The notes beneath the pieces were generated by a model. It did not search any database and was not told where the DNA came from. It worked only from the letters and a program-made list of their open reading frames with translations. This document shows, piece by piece, positions 1 to 8,699 of a DNA stretch of 53,659 nt. Position 1 is the first letter of the stretch, and each line of letters starts with the position of its first letter. The position numbers and the translations under genes are program-made. The DNA lies in the NCBI GenBank assembly GCA_030591445.1, contig JAUVBB010000002.1:1-53659 (forward strand), in the 5' to 3' direction. The stretch comes from Deltaproteobacteria bacterium. Its GTDB lineage: Bacteria > Myxococcota > B64-G9.

Positions 1-2
1 AG

Positions 3-134
3 GCACAGCTGGATTGGCAACGCGTCATCGGCGCCGAGATCCACCTGGGCCTCATCTTGTGCTTTTTCTCTGCCATCGCCATCCTGGCCGGCGCCTTACT
101 TACTTTTCACGAACGAATCTGGAAACATCGGTAG
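3..134 (+). CDS. 3' end of a CDS entering from upstream (membrane protein C-terminus, product unknown)
   Basis: The frame is open from the window edge to TAG at 132-134. It encodes ...IGAEIHLGLILCFFSAIAILAGALLTFHERIWKHR*, one hydrophobic helix plus a basic tail. It is too short to name. Confidence 0.3.
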   Translation, partial: AQLDWQRVIGAEIHLGLILCFFSAIAILAGALLTFHERIWKHR

Positions 135-146
135 GAACTTTTCTAG

Positions 147-776
147 CTATTTTTGCCGGGGGTGGAGCAATCCTTTAATTGTCTCAATGGCCTCCGGGCG
201 CCCCCAGGGTTTGGGCCCCGTGAATTTGGCGGTCAGTTGGCCTGCCGGATCGACCAGATAGGTCTCCGGGTACTTGGCGGTCCCGTACTGCGCCGACACT
301 TTGCCACCCTGATCGTGAACCACCAGCACCGAAGGCATCTGGTCGCGGAGCATGCGGGCTATTTCCTTACCCAGACGCGGGTCCATCCCGCCGCCCGTCA
401 TTTTTTCGACTCGGTCGGCTAACTGGGCAATGGGATCGAAACTTTCATCCACGCTGATCAAGACCAGAGTCAGTTCTTGCTTTCGTAAGGCCTGCGCCAA
501 CATAACCAGGTGCGGCAACTCGTCGATACAAGGTTCACACCAAGTGGCCCAAAAATTGACCAACACGGTTCGGCCGCGCAGACCGGCCAATGACACCTGT
601 TTGCCATTGGCCATGGGCAGGGAAAAAGCCGGCGCCGGACCAGATATCGGCTCGGGTACCAGCATTTCATCGGCGACCGTTGCCCCGGACAATGATCGGT
701 CAGGCCCGAAACTCAGTACCGCAGCCAACAATGCCGCGCCCGCCACCAGAAAACTCAGCTGCACCCAGCGGATCAT
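147..776 (-). CDS. TlpA/ResA-like thiol:disulfide oxidoreductase (thioredoxin fold, membrane anchored)
   Basis: This is a 209-aa ORF with an N-terminal signal anchor (LSFLVAGAALLAAVLSF). It carries the redox motif WCEPC within VLVNFWATWCEPCIDELPHL. Its start overlaps the dxr stop in an ATGA arrangement. Confidence 0.85.
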   Translation of the reverse strand: MIRWVQLSFLVAGAALLAAVLSFGPDRSLSGATVADEMLVPEPISGPAPAFSLPMANGKQVSLAGLRGRTVLVNFWATWCEPCIDELPHLVMLAQALRKQELTLVLISVDESFDPIAQLADRVEKMTGGGMDPRLGKEIARMLRDQMPSVLVVHDQGGKVSAQYGTAKYPETYLVDPAGQLTAKFTGPKPWGRPEAIETIKGLLHPRQK

Positions 777-1963
777 GATTTGCCCCTCTGCTCGATCAAG
801 GCGCTTGCCAACTCGGCCCCCTGCTGACCCGCATCCGCCACATCCCGCAAATCCCGGATGCTCGACGGCCGAATCCGTTCCAGTACTTCCGACAAAAGTT
901 CGACAATGGCCGGAAAGGAAATTCGGTCGGCCAAGAAAGCCTCCACCACTACCTCGTCGGCAACCGACAATGCCGCCGGCGTGCCACCCCCTGCCGTCAA
1001 GGCGCGCTTACACAGATCCAGGGCCGGAAACTTGTCCCCGTTGGCAGCATGAAAGGTCCAGCCACTTTCTCGAAACAAATCAGGCGCACGAACATTGTCT
1101 AGCCGGCCGGGAAGGTCGAGTCGATCCGGATAGGCCAGGGCATAGGCGATAGGTCCGCGCATGTCCGGAGCGGCAACTTGCGAAAGCACCGCCCCGTCGA
1201 TGGTTTCGACCAGGGCATGAACCTGGCTTTGTGGATGCACCACCACCTCGATGTCTTCGGTCGAAAAATCGAAGAGCCACCGGGCTTCCATGATCTCGAA
1301 ACCCTTGTTCATCATGGTGGCGGAGTCGATGCTGATCTTGGCACCCATTTTCCAATTGGGATGGGCCAGCGCCTCCTGGGCAGTGACGCCGAGAAGCTCG
1401 CTGCGGGGCCGACCAAAGAAAGGCCCACCCGAAGCGGTCAGCACCAGTTTGCGAATCTGTGGTCGGCGCAGGCCGGCCAAGAGTTGGTGTAAGGCGGCAT
1501 GCTCGGAGTCAACGGGAAGAATCCGGGCCTGGTGTTTCTCAGCCTCCGCCATCACCAATTCGCCGGCCATCACCAGGGCTTCTTTGTTGGCCAGGGCCAC
1601 GGTTTTGCCCGCGCGCACGGCAGCATAGACCGGAGGCAGGCCGGCGCTGCCCACAATGGCAGCTAGCACCAAGTCCGCATCGTCGGCCAAGACCAAGTCA
1701 ACCAGGGATTCGGGCCCCGTCTCTATCTGGACTTTGGCCGAAACCGAAACCTGCGCCCTTAGTTCGGCCGCGGCCGTCTTCGACACCATGCAGACCCGCT
1801 GGGGACGATGCCGCTCGATCAAGCGAATCATGTCCTTGGTTCGAGAGTGCGCCGACATGCCCACCAGGCGGAAGCGTTCCGGAAAGGCCTCGATAACTTC
1901 CAGGGCCTGCCGGCCCACCGAACCGGTGGCTCCCAACACGATTACGCCTAAAGGATCGCTCAC
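773..1963 (-). CDS. dxr: 1-deoxy-D-xylulose-5-phosphate reductoisomerase
   Basis: The protein shows VIVLGATGSVGRQALEVI (NADPH site), LANKEALV, VDSEHAAL and HPNWKMGAKISIDSATMMNKGFE. The ORF-track start is TTG at 1996 and overlaps uppS by 32 nt. I prefer GTG at 1963, which lies 1 nt after the uppS stop and 9 nt after GGAGGAA. Confidence 0.93.
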   Translation of the reverse strand: MSDPLGVIVLGATGSVGRQALEVIEAFPERFRLVGMSAHSRTKDMIRLIERHRPQRVCMVSKTAAAELRAQVSVSAKVQIETGPESLVDLVLADDADLVLAAIVGSAGLPPVYAAVRAGKTVALANKEALVMAGELVMAEAEKHQARILPVDSEHAALHQLLAGLRRPQIRKLVLTASGGPFFGRPRSELLGVTAQEALAHPNWKMGAKISIDSATMMNKGFEIMEARWLFDFSTEDIEVVVHPQSQVHALVETIDGAVLSQVAAPDMRGPIAYALAYPDRLDLPGRLDNVRAPDLFRESGWTFHAANGDKFPALDLCKRALTAGGGTPAALSVADEVVVEAFLADRISFPAIVELLSEVLERIRPSSIRDLRDVADAGQQGAELASALIEQRGKS

Positions 1964-1964
1964 C

Positions 1965-2738
1965 TTATGATTCCTCCGGAGCTTGGCGATGGTCAATTTG
2001 CTCGTCGGTCAGGCCAAAACGACGTCTTCGATTTTGATACTCGGCAATAGCGCCCAACAAGTCCTGGGAAGAAAAGTCGGGCCATAATTTTTCGGAAAAA
2101 TGATATTCAGCATATGCGCTCTGCCAAAGCAAAAAATTGGAGATGCGGGTCTCGCCGCCCGTACGAATAATCAAATCGGGATCGGGCATCTTACCGGTAT
2201 AAAGTTGCCCAGAAAACTTATCAATGTCGATGTCGGCCGGGTTCAGTTTGCCCTTGGCCACGCGACCGGCCAAGAGACGCACGGTGCGCAAAATCTCCTC
2301 GCGCGCCCCATAACTCAGAGCCAAGGCCAAGGTCATCGAGCGGTTCTTTCTGGTGGCCGCCACCAATTCCTGAAGCTGCCGCCGAACCGCCACCGGCACC
2401 TTTTTCAAATCACCCAGATGTACCACCCGGATATCGCGATCCATGATTTCCTGCCATTCCTTGACGATAAACTCGCCCAGCAGCTCCATCAAGGCTCGAA
2501 TTTCGCTCTCGGGTCGGCCCCAGTTCTGGGCCGAAAAGGCAAACATGGTCAGGTAAGATACGCCCAAGCGGCGACAAGTTCGCACTACTTTTCTGACCGC
2601 CTTGCTACCCGCCCGGTGTCCCTGGTTCCGATCCATCCCGCGTCGGGTGGCCCAGCGACCATTGCCGTCCATGATAATGCCAATGTGACGCGGCAATCGA
2701 TTGGGGTCGATACTGGGTTTGCGATTCCGGGCTGGCAA
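1965..2738 (-). CDS. uppS: Undecaprenyl (cis-prenyl) diphosphate synthase
   Basis: The protein shows HIGIIMDGNGRWA, LTMFAFSAQNWGRP, LIIRTGGETRISNFLLWQSAYAE and a C-terminal RRFG. Confidence 0.95.
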   Translation of the reverse strand: MPARNRKPSIDPNRLPRHIGIIMDGNGRWATRRGMDRNQGHRAGSKAVRKVVRTCRRLGVSYLTMFAFSAQNWGRPESEIRALMELLGEFIVKEWQEIMDRDIRVVHLGDLKKVPVAVRRQLQELVAATRKNRSMTLALALSYGAREEILRTVRLLAGRVAKGKLNPADIDIDKFSGQLYTGKMPDPDLIIRTGGETRISNFLLWQSAYAEYHFSEKLWPDFSSQDLLGAIAEYQNRRRRFGLTDEQIDHRQAPEES

Positions 2739-3371
2739 CTATTCCTCCTCTTCCCGTTGTCGCGGAATCGGGCCCCATAACTGGAAGCTCAACCCGCCGA
2801 CAAACAATAAGCTCACGATCGCAAGGGCCATGGTGGGATGTCGATCCGGAAAAGCAGTCAAGGGCAGATCGACAAAGGCGGTCAGGGCCACGGCCAGGCC
2901 CCAAGCAAAGACAACCGCGCCGAGAAAGGCCGTGGCCACCATGGTCAACAGGCGTCTTTGCCACCAACTCCAGATTCCGCCCGCCAGAAAACCAAGAACG
3001 AAGCCCCAGAGAAATCCGGCCGTGGAAGGCTGTAGCCAAAGACGCACGCCCTCGCCAACAGCCAAGCCCACAGCCAGCCCAGCCAACAAAAACACCATGA
3101 GTTTGGATAGAGAATCGGCCAGCAGCGCCAAAGACGCCCCGCCGATAAAGATGCCCCAGGCCTTCTCTACGTGAATCCAACCAGCCACGAGCGCTCCCAC
3201 AAACGACCCGATCGCAAAACCTGCCACCACCTGCGCTACCCGATGCAAGCGCCAGCCAAAAAACAAAAAGCCCAAACCCAGCACCACCGCCACAATTCCG
3301 AAGGCAGGCGGCATGCCATGCTCAAATCCGAGCAACCGGTCAATTCGGCTTGCGGGCATCACCGTTCTCAA
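2739..3371 (-). CDS. Polytopic membrane protein of unknown function (Gly-rich helices, about 6-7 TM)
   Basis: This 210-aa ORF is almost entirely hydrophobic, with Gly/Ala-rich helices and an acidic tail (REEEE). Its stop codon abuts the uppS start codon. No CdsA signature (KR..KD...PGHGG..DR.D) is present. Confidence 0.6.
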   Translation of the reverse strand: MRTVMPASRIDRLLGFEHGMPPAFGIVAVVLGLGFLFFGWRLHRVAQVVAGFAIGSFVGALVAGWIHVEKAWGIFIGGASLALLADSLSKLMVFLLAGLAVGLAVGEGVRLWLQPSTAGFLWGFVLGFLAGGIWSWWQRRLLTMVATAFLGAVVFAWGLAVALTAFVDLPLTAFPDRHPTMALAIVSLLFVGGLSFQLWGPIPRQREEEE

Positions 3372-3398
3372 CGGGCCATGGGCACGGAGACAAGGACA

Positions 3399-3956
3399 TC
3401 AAACCTCCATGATCTCCTTTTCCTTTTCGGCCAAGATTTGGTCAATCTTAGCCACAGCTTGATCGGTCTCTTTCTGGGTACGCTCCAGACCACGCTTTTT
3501 ATCATCTTCGGAAATCTCTTTGTTTTTCTCAAACTCCTTGAGAAAATCGTTACTGTCGCGACGGTGATTGCGCAAACTCACGCGGGCACTTTCGGCCAGC
3601 TTGCGAGTTTGCTTGGCCAATTCCTTACGGCGCTCTTCCGTCAGAGTCGGAATGGGCAGACGAATCACTTCGCCATCGTTTTGCGGCGTAAGTCCGATCT
3701 CGGCCATATTGATCGCTTTCTCGATATCGGACAGCACTGATTTTTCCCAAGGCTTGATAAGAATCAAGCGCGCGTCCGGAATGGATACCGCCGCGACCTG
3801 GTTCAACGGAACAGTGGAACCGTAATACGATACCCGCACCAGCTCCAGTACCGCGAGATTGGCCCGGCCGGTCCGCACCCGGCCTAAGTCGCGCTGAAAG
3901 GCCTCAATCGAGGAATTTTGACTGGCAACCAAGTCTTTGATCAAGTCGTCGATCAT
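3399..3956 (-). CDS. frr: Ribosome recycling factor
   Basis: This is a 185-aa ORF showing RTGRANLAVLELVRVSYYGSTVPLNQVA and LTEERRKELAK. It occupies the canonical position between pyrH and uppS. Confidence 0.95.
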   Translation of the reverse strand: MIDDLIKDLVASQNSSIEAFQRDLGRVRTGRANLAVLELVRVSYYGSTVPLNQVAAVSIPDARLILIKPWEKSVLSDIEKAINMAEIGLTPQNDGEVIRLPIPTLTEERRKELAKQTRKLAESARVSLRNHRRDSNDFLKEFEKNKEISEDDKKRGLERTQKETDQAVAKIDQILAEKEKEIMEV

Positions 3957-3983
3957 GTCCTGTACCTCCCGATAAATCGCGGT

Positions 3984-4724
3984 TCAATCTTCGGTGGTGC
4001 CGATTTCGCCTACCACGGTTCCCACGTCTTCGCCGGCCAAGGCCTTGAGCATATTGCCCCGTTCCAGCAACTTGAACACAACAATAGGTACCTGGTTGTC
4101 CATGCACAGAGAAACCGCAGTGGTATCCATAACTTTCAAGTCACGCCGGAGCACATCCATGTAGGTGAGCCGATTGAAGCGGCGCGCATTTGGATCTTTA
4201 AGCGGGTCTGCGTCATACACCCCGTCGACCCGGGTCGCCTTCATCAAGGCCTCGGCCTTGAGCTCCATGGCCCGTAGCGCCGCCGCCGTATCGGTGGTGA
4301 AGTAGGGATTGCCAGTACCAGCCGCCAGCAACACCACGCGACCCTTCTCCAGATGGCGAATGCCACGTCTTCGAATATAAGGCTCGGCCACTTCGTTGAC
4401 CTTGAGCGCGCTCATCAACCGGGTGGGTACTCCGAGGCGCTCGAGTGACTCCTGCAAGGCCATGCAATTGATCACCGTGGCCAGCATGCCCATATAATCG
4501 CCGGTGGCACGGTCAATGCCAGCCTCGGCGGCATCTAGGCCCCGGATGATGTTGCCACCACCAATGACCACCGCCAGTTCGACACCGGCAGCGCGGATTT
4601 CCTTGAGCTCTGCCGCCAAATCGGCCAGAACTCTGGCTGACAAAGTTGGCGCGCCTTCGGACTCTTCCCCCCGCAGTGCTTCTCCCGAAAGCTTGATCAA
4701 TACCCGCTTGAACTTGAGATCCAT
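3984..4724 (-). CDS. pyrH: UMP kinase
   Basis: The protein shows [52 protein letters not shown] and VDGVYDADP. The start is set at the ATG at 4724 behind GAGGAGAG; the ORF-track start at 4748 adds 8 unlikely residues. Confidence 0.95.
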   Translation of the reverse strand: MDLKFKRVLIKLSGEALRGEESEGAPTLSARVLADLAAELKEIRAAGVELAVVIGGGNIIRGLDAAEAGIDRATGDYMGMLATVINCMALQESLERLGVPTRLMSALKVNEVAEPYIRRRGIRHLEKGRVVLLAAGTGNPYFTTDTAAALRAMELKAEALMKATRVDGVYDADPLKDPNARRFNRLTYMDVLRRDLKVMDTTAVSLCMDNQVPIVVFKLLERGNMLKALAGEDVGTVVGEIGTTED

Positions 4725-4811
4725 CCGTCTCTCCTCGTTCGTGCGCATGTTCGAAAAGCCCCGGGCTATCGGACGCCATCTACCCAGACAGGCCCACCCG
4801 CAGGTTCGGCA

Positions 4812-5471
4812 TCAAGAGGCTGATTGCTTTAACGCGGCTGCCACCTCGGCCGCCAGATCGTCTTTCTTCTTTTCAATGCCCTCGCCCAACTCGAAACGGG
4901 CAAAGCGACGGACATTCACGTTCTCACCAATCTTGCTTACCAACTCCTGGCGAAGCTTTTCCACCGACATCTTCTGCTCACGAACGTAAGGCTGATCCAT
5001 CAGGCAGACCTCGGCAAAATATTTTTTAATTCTGCCTTCGGCGATCTTGTCCCAGAAATTTTCGGGCTTGCCTGATTCTTCAGCCTGCCGACGGTAAATC
5101 TGACGCTCTTCTGATAGGGTCTTCTCCGGCACGTCTTCCTGGTGGAGATAAGTCGGATTGGTAGCCGCGATCTGCATGGCGATTTCCCGGCAGAAGCCTT
5201 TGAAATCATCGCCGCGGGCCACGAAGTCGGTCTCACAATTAACCTCGAGCAACACCCCAATCTTGCCGCCCATATGAATATAGGATTCTACCGTTCCTTC
5301 CGCGGCAATCCGGCCTGCTTTTTTTCCTGCCGAGGCCATGCCCTTTTCCCGTAGGAAAGTAACTGCCTTGGGTACGTCGCCTTCGGTCTCTTGCAGGGCG
5401 CGCTTACAGTCCATGATTCCAGCACCGGTTTGCTGCCGCAACTCGTTTACCATTTTTGCACTAACTTGCAT
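4812..5471 (-). CDS. tsf: Elongation factor Ts (short form)
   Basis: The protein shows MVNELRQQTGAGIMDCKRALQETEGD, LREKGMASAGKKAGR, VLLEVNCETDFVAR and QIAATNP. The start is set at the ATG at 5471 behind AAAGAGG. Confidence 0.93.
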   Translation of the reverse strand: MQVSAKMVNELRQQTGAGIMDCKRALQETEGDVPKAVTFLREKGMASAGKKAGRIAAEGTVESYIHMGGKIGVLLEVNCETDFVARGDDFKGFCREIAMQIAATNPTYLHQEDVPEKTLSEERQIYRRQAEESGKPENFWDKIAEGRIKKYFAEVCLMDQPYVREQKMSVEKLRQELVSKIGENVNVRRFARFELGEGIEKKKDDLAAEVAAALKQSAS

Positions 5472-5568
5472 CGTTCTGCCTCTTTCTGTTTCCAATTAGG
5501 GCTAGCACCCCCGGGGCACTAGACCAAAAATTGATGAACCGAAAACACCATCCTGGCGTTCCATCCGA

Positions 5569-6453
5569 TTATTCGGCCTCGGTCTTGTCGGCATCCGCCG
5601 CTGGCGCTGGCGCCGGCGCCTCTTCGCTTGCGCTTTCCGCCTTCAGGGCCTCGCCCTCGAGAATCGCCCGGCTGACCACTTCCACCTTGGGTCCGCCTTC
5701 GCTTCGCTCAACCGGCTTCGGTGCCTTTTGCTCTCGCTTCTCCACCGGTTTGTCCACCAGCCGCTCCTGATTCATGCGCGCCCCTTCCGTGCAAGCGTCG
5801 GCAATCTTCGAGGTAAACAGCTTGATGGCCCGAATGGCATCATCGTTGGCCGGGATGATAAAATCGATGGGTTCGGGATCACAATTGGTATCGGTCAAGG
5901 CCACCACCGGAATGTTGAGCTTGCGCGCCTCGCGCAGAGCAATACGCTCTTTCTTCGGATCAACCAAGAACACCACGCCCGGTAAGCGCGTCATGTCCCG
6001 CAAGCCGGGCAAATTCCGCTCCAGCTTCTGTGCCTCGCGGCGCAGGTGCAATACCTCTTTCTTGGTCAACTTATCGAAGGATCCGTCCGCCTCCATCTTG
6101 TTCAGGGTCTTGAGCCGCTCGACACTCTGACGAATGGTGCGAAAGTTGGTTAATGTCCCGCCCAACCAGCGATTTTGCACATAGAACATATTGCAGCGAG
6201 TGGCCTGCTCCACCATAACGTTCTGCGCCTGCTTCTTGGTGCCAACAAACAATACGCCGCCGCCACGGGCCACCGTATCGCGCACAAAGAAAAACGCTTT
6301 ATCGAACAATTTCGAAGTCTTCTGCAGATCAATCACATGGATGCCATTGCGGGCCCCAAAAATATACGGCCGCATTTTCGGGTTCCAGCGACTGGTTTGG
6401 TGCCCAAAATGAACCCCTGCTTCGAGCAACGCTTTCATTGAAATAACGCCCAT
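5569..6453 (-). CDS. rpsB: 30S ribosomal protein S2, with an Ala/Glu-rich C-terminal extension
   Basis: The protein shows [46 protein letters not shown] and DTNCDP. A strong Shine-Dalgarno sequence (AAGGAGGAGG) precedes the start. Confidence 0.95.
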   Translation of the reverse strand: MGVISMKALLEAGVHFGHQTSRWNPKMRPYIFGARNGIHVIDLQKTSKLFDKAFFFVRDTVARGGGVLFVGTKKQAQNVMVEQATRCNMFYVQNRWLGGTLTNFRTIRQSVERLKTLNKMEADGSFDKLTKKEVLHLRREAQKLERNLPGLRDMTRLPGVVFLVDPKKERIALREARKLNIPVVALTDTNCDPEPIDFIIPANDDAIRAIKLFTSKIADACTEGARMNQERLVDKPVEKREQKAPKPVERSEGGPKVEVVSRAILEGEALKAESASEEAPAPAPAADADKTEAE

Positions 6454-6703
6454 ACCAACCTCCTCCTTCGGGTTTTAACCTCCGCCGTAGGCGTTTGCGC
6501 CGCCAGCTTCCACCACGGAAGCACCCAGGCGACCACCCACGACGTGCGTTTTTACCAAGCACCCCAAAAATTGCGATCCTGGAGCACACCGGACCGCGAT
6601 TGCTAACACAGACCCCTGTGATATGCAAGGAAAAATTCCTTTGGGTTCAGCTAAGTGGGGAAGAAAATTCACTTGCCCCAAGCAGAAGTGAAGGCTATGA
6701 TTT

Positions 6704-7513
6704 TTGCCTATGAAGAAGCAAAGTTTGGCCGCCGACGCTCTTTTGAGAAGCCTGCGTTCCCTGGAGGCAGAAAGGAAGCTAATCCAGGGACGGTTGGGCA
6801 AGAAAAAGACACGCTTGCTAACGCTGGGACACACCGAAGCGCAAATTGAAAAAGAAGCCGGGGCCTTGGAGCAGGAAATCCGCGAACTGGCGAGCGCACA
6901 AAAACGTCTGGCGGAAAAGAAAAAAGACATCGAGCTGCGCGCCCGCGCCATCGGCCAGCAGCGAACCGACCTGATCAACCAACGGCGCGCCATTTACTCC
7001 GAGGTTGAGAACTTTCATGGTAGTTTGGCAATTCTCGACCAGAAAAGACAAAAACAAGAGGTGGAACTCGCCGGTATGCAAGGCCCACGCGCGGCCGCCC
7101 CTCCCCGACCATCTCCGCCTCGACGGAAAAAAATGACGGTCGCTGGCGAGATTCCCTTGCGCAGCCACAAACGGCTGTCCTTCGAGGTCGAAGTTAACTT
7201 GACCACCAAACACAATTTCTTCACCGGCCACAGCCAGAACATCTCTGAAGGCGGCCTTTTCTTGGCCACCGACGAAAGCCTGCCGGTGGGCACTCCCATC
7301 GATCTGACCATTCACCTGCCCGAGCAAATCCCCATTGAAGCCCCCGGAGAGGTGCGTTGGCTGCAAAACAACAAACAATTTAGCAGCCCTGGTCTATCTC
7401 CGGGAGTGGGCGTCGCCTTTACCGGTTTGAACAAAGGCGATCAGCGCGTTCTGGAACAATTCATCAAACTCCGCGCCCCTCTGCGCCGTGATGGCGACTC
7501 ATCCCAGGATTGA
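6704..7513 (+). CDS. Coiled-coil protein with a C-terminal PilZ (c-di-GMP binding) domain
   Basis: The N-terminal ~125 aa are heptad-like and charged, followed by a Pro-rich linker. The PilZ motifs RxxxR (RSHKR, starting at 7160) and NxSxxG (NISEGG, ending at 7255) are both intact. Confidence 0.8.
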   Translation: MPMKKQSLAADALLRSLRSLEAERKLIQGRLGKKKTRLLTLGHTEAQIEKEAGALEQEIRELASAQKRLAEKKKDIELRARAIGQQRTDLINQRRAIYSEVENFHGSLAILDQKRQKQEVELAGMQGPRAAAPPRPSPPRRKKMTVAGEIPLRSHKRLSFEVEVNLTTKHNFFTGHSQNISEGGLFLATDESLPVGTPIDLTIHLPEQIPIEAPGEVRWLQNNKQFSSPGLSPGVGVAFTGLNKGDQRVLEQFIKLRAPLRRDGDSSQD

Positions 7514-7536
7514 CCAAACACCCGAGGTCGGTTCCG

Positions 7537-7574
7537 TTGCCGGCAATTGATCTTTACAAGCTTGCCAATTGGCA
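7537..7574 (+). promoter_or_regulatory. Pair of related palindromes (TTGCCGGCAA and TTGCCAATTGGCA), a candidate operator
   Basis: TTGCCGGCAA at 7537-7546 is a perfect 10-bp palindrome. TTGCCAATTGGCA at 7562-7574 contains the 12-bp palindrome TGCCAATTGGCA. The two share TTGCC/GGCAA half-sites with centres 27 bp apart. They lie between the PilZ gene stop and the start at 7626. Confidence 0.25.
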
Positions 7575-7625
7575 GTACGGTCCGGCGGTTGTGTCAGGTA
7601 TTGATTTTCTCCGACCAGTGAGCGT

Positions 7626-8663
7626 TTGTTGAAATCTCGCACCCTCCAATTGCTTAATTTGTTCTCCCTGCTAGTGGGAGTGGTTTTTCTGGCGGTGTTT
7701 ATCGCCAAGTTCTCGCTGGCGGAAATTGGCAGCCGGATTGGGCAGGTAGGTTGGTATTTTGGCTTGGCCTTTGTGATTTACGCGGCCGGCCTGATGATCA
7801 CGGCCCTGGCTTGGGGTCTGATTTTTGACCCGGCAAATACCCGCGTGCCATTTGGCAAACTACTGGCGGCCCTGTGGGCCGGACATGCGATCAATCAGCT
7901 GACCCCAACGGCCAGTCTGGGCGAGGTTCTCAAGGGAACTATCCTGAGCGGATTGGTCGACTCCGATGAGCTAATCGCCTCCTTGATCACCTTCAATTTC
8001 CTGGGTACCCTGACCTCCCAGATTTTCACCCTGTTGGGACCCGCCATCTGCCTGCTGACACTTGCCTTGCCCACCCAGGTCATGGTGACCATGTTCTTTG
8101 TCGCCTTGGCTTTTTTCGTGCCGGTAGCGCTGATGTACGGCTTGCTTCGCTATGGGGTCGTCAAGTGGGTCTCGCGCCTGGCCGTCAAGATCCCCTTCGT
8201 CAAAATCAAGAATCCGGAGGCATTGGTGGATCGGGCGCGCGCGATCGACGAGCGGATTCGCGGGTTTCGGAAGCAGCGCGGGCGTGATTTCTGGCTTAGC
8301 CTGGCCCTTTTGTTCTCGGTCCGAGTGCTGCAAGCGATTGAACTTTTTGTGATTCTGATTCCGCTACTACCAGCGGAGAGCTTGTCCTTCCTGTTCCTGC
8401 TGGCCATCCTTACCCAGACCTCGACCCAGATGATTATCTGGGCGGCCACCTTCATTCCCGGCCAAATCGGCGTCGCCGAGGGTGGCAATATGCTGGTATA
8501 TAAGTGGTTGGGTCTGGATCCGGTGGTCGGTTTCTCGGTCATCCTGGTGCGCCGCATCCGCACCTTGATTGGCATTTCGATAGGTTTGGCCATCGGCCTC
8601 AGGCTCGGCGCATCCCCTTTTGGCGGCAACAAGAAGGAAAACAAGTCGAATTCCCAAAAATGA
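7626..8663 (+). CDS. UPF0104 / lysyl-phosphatidylglycerol-synthase-TM-like (flippase-like) membrane protein
   Basis: This 345-aa ORF has about 8 TM helices. The motif HAINQLTPTASLGEVLKGTIL matches the N..P...GE..+ signature I associate with this family. The start codon is TTG. Confidence 0.7.
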   Translation: MLKSRTLQLLNLFSLLVGVVFLAVFIAKFSLAEIGSRIGQVGWYFGLAFVIYAAGLMITALAWGLIFDPANTRVPFGKLLAALWAGHAINQLTPTASLGEVLKGTILSGLVDSDELIASLITFNFLGTLTSQIFTLLGPAICLLTLALPTQVMVTMFFVALAFFVPVALMYGLLRYGVVKWVSRLAVKIPFVKIKNPEALVDRARAIDERIRGFRKQRGRDFWLSLALLFSVRVLQAIELFVILIPLLPAESLSFLFLLAILTQTSTQMIIWAATFIPGQIGVAEGGNMLVYKWLGLDPVVGFSVILVRRIRTLIGISIGLAIGLRLGASPFGGNKKENKSNSQK

Positions 8664-8699
8664 ATTGACCCATTGCATTGAAGTGAGTACCTTCCCGCT

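Noticed and set aside
6454-6703. The 250-nt rpsB upstream region considered as a possible S2-binding leader RNA, including a small hairpin GCTTCC-ACCAC-GGAAGC at 6506-6522. ORFs at 6475-6993 and 6329-6628 also fall here.
   Set aside because: A long leader fits rpsB autoregulation known from other bacteria. However, I could only find a 6-bp stem and no recognisable conserved structure. It needs a covariance-model search (Rfam r-protein leader models). The ORFs are low-complexity and overlap the PilZ gene or rpsB.
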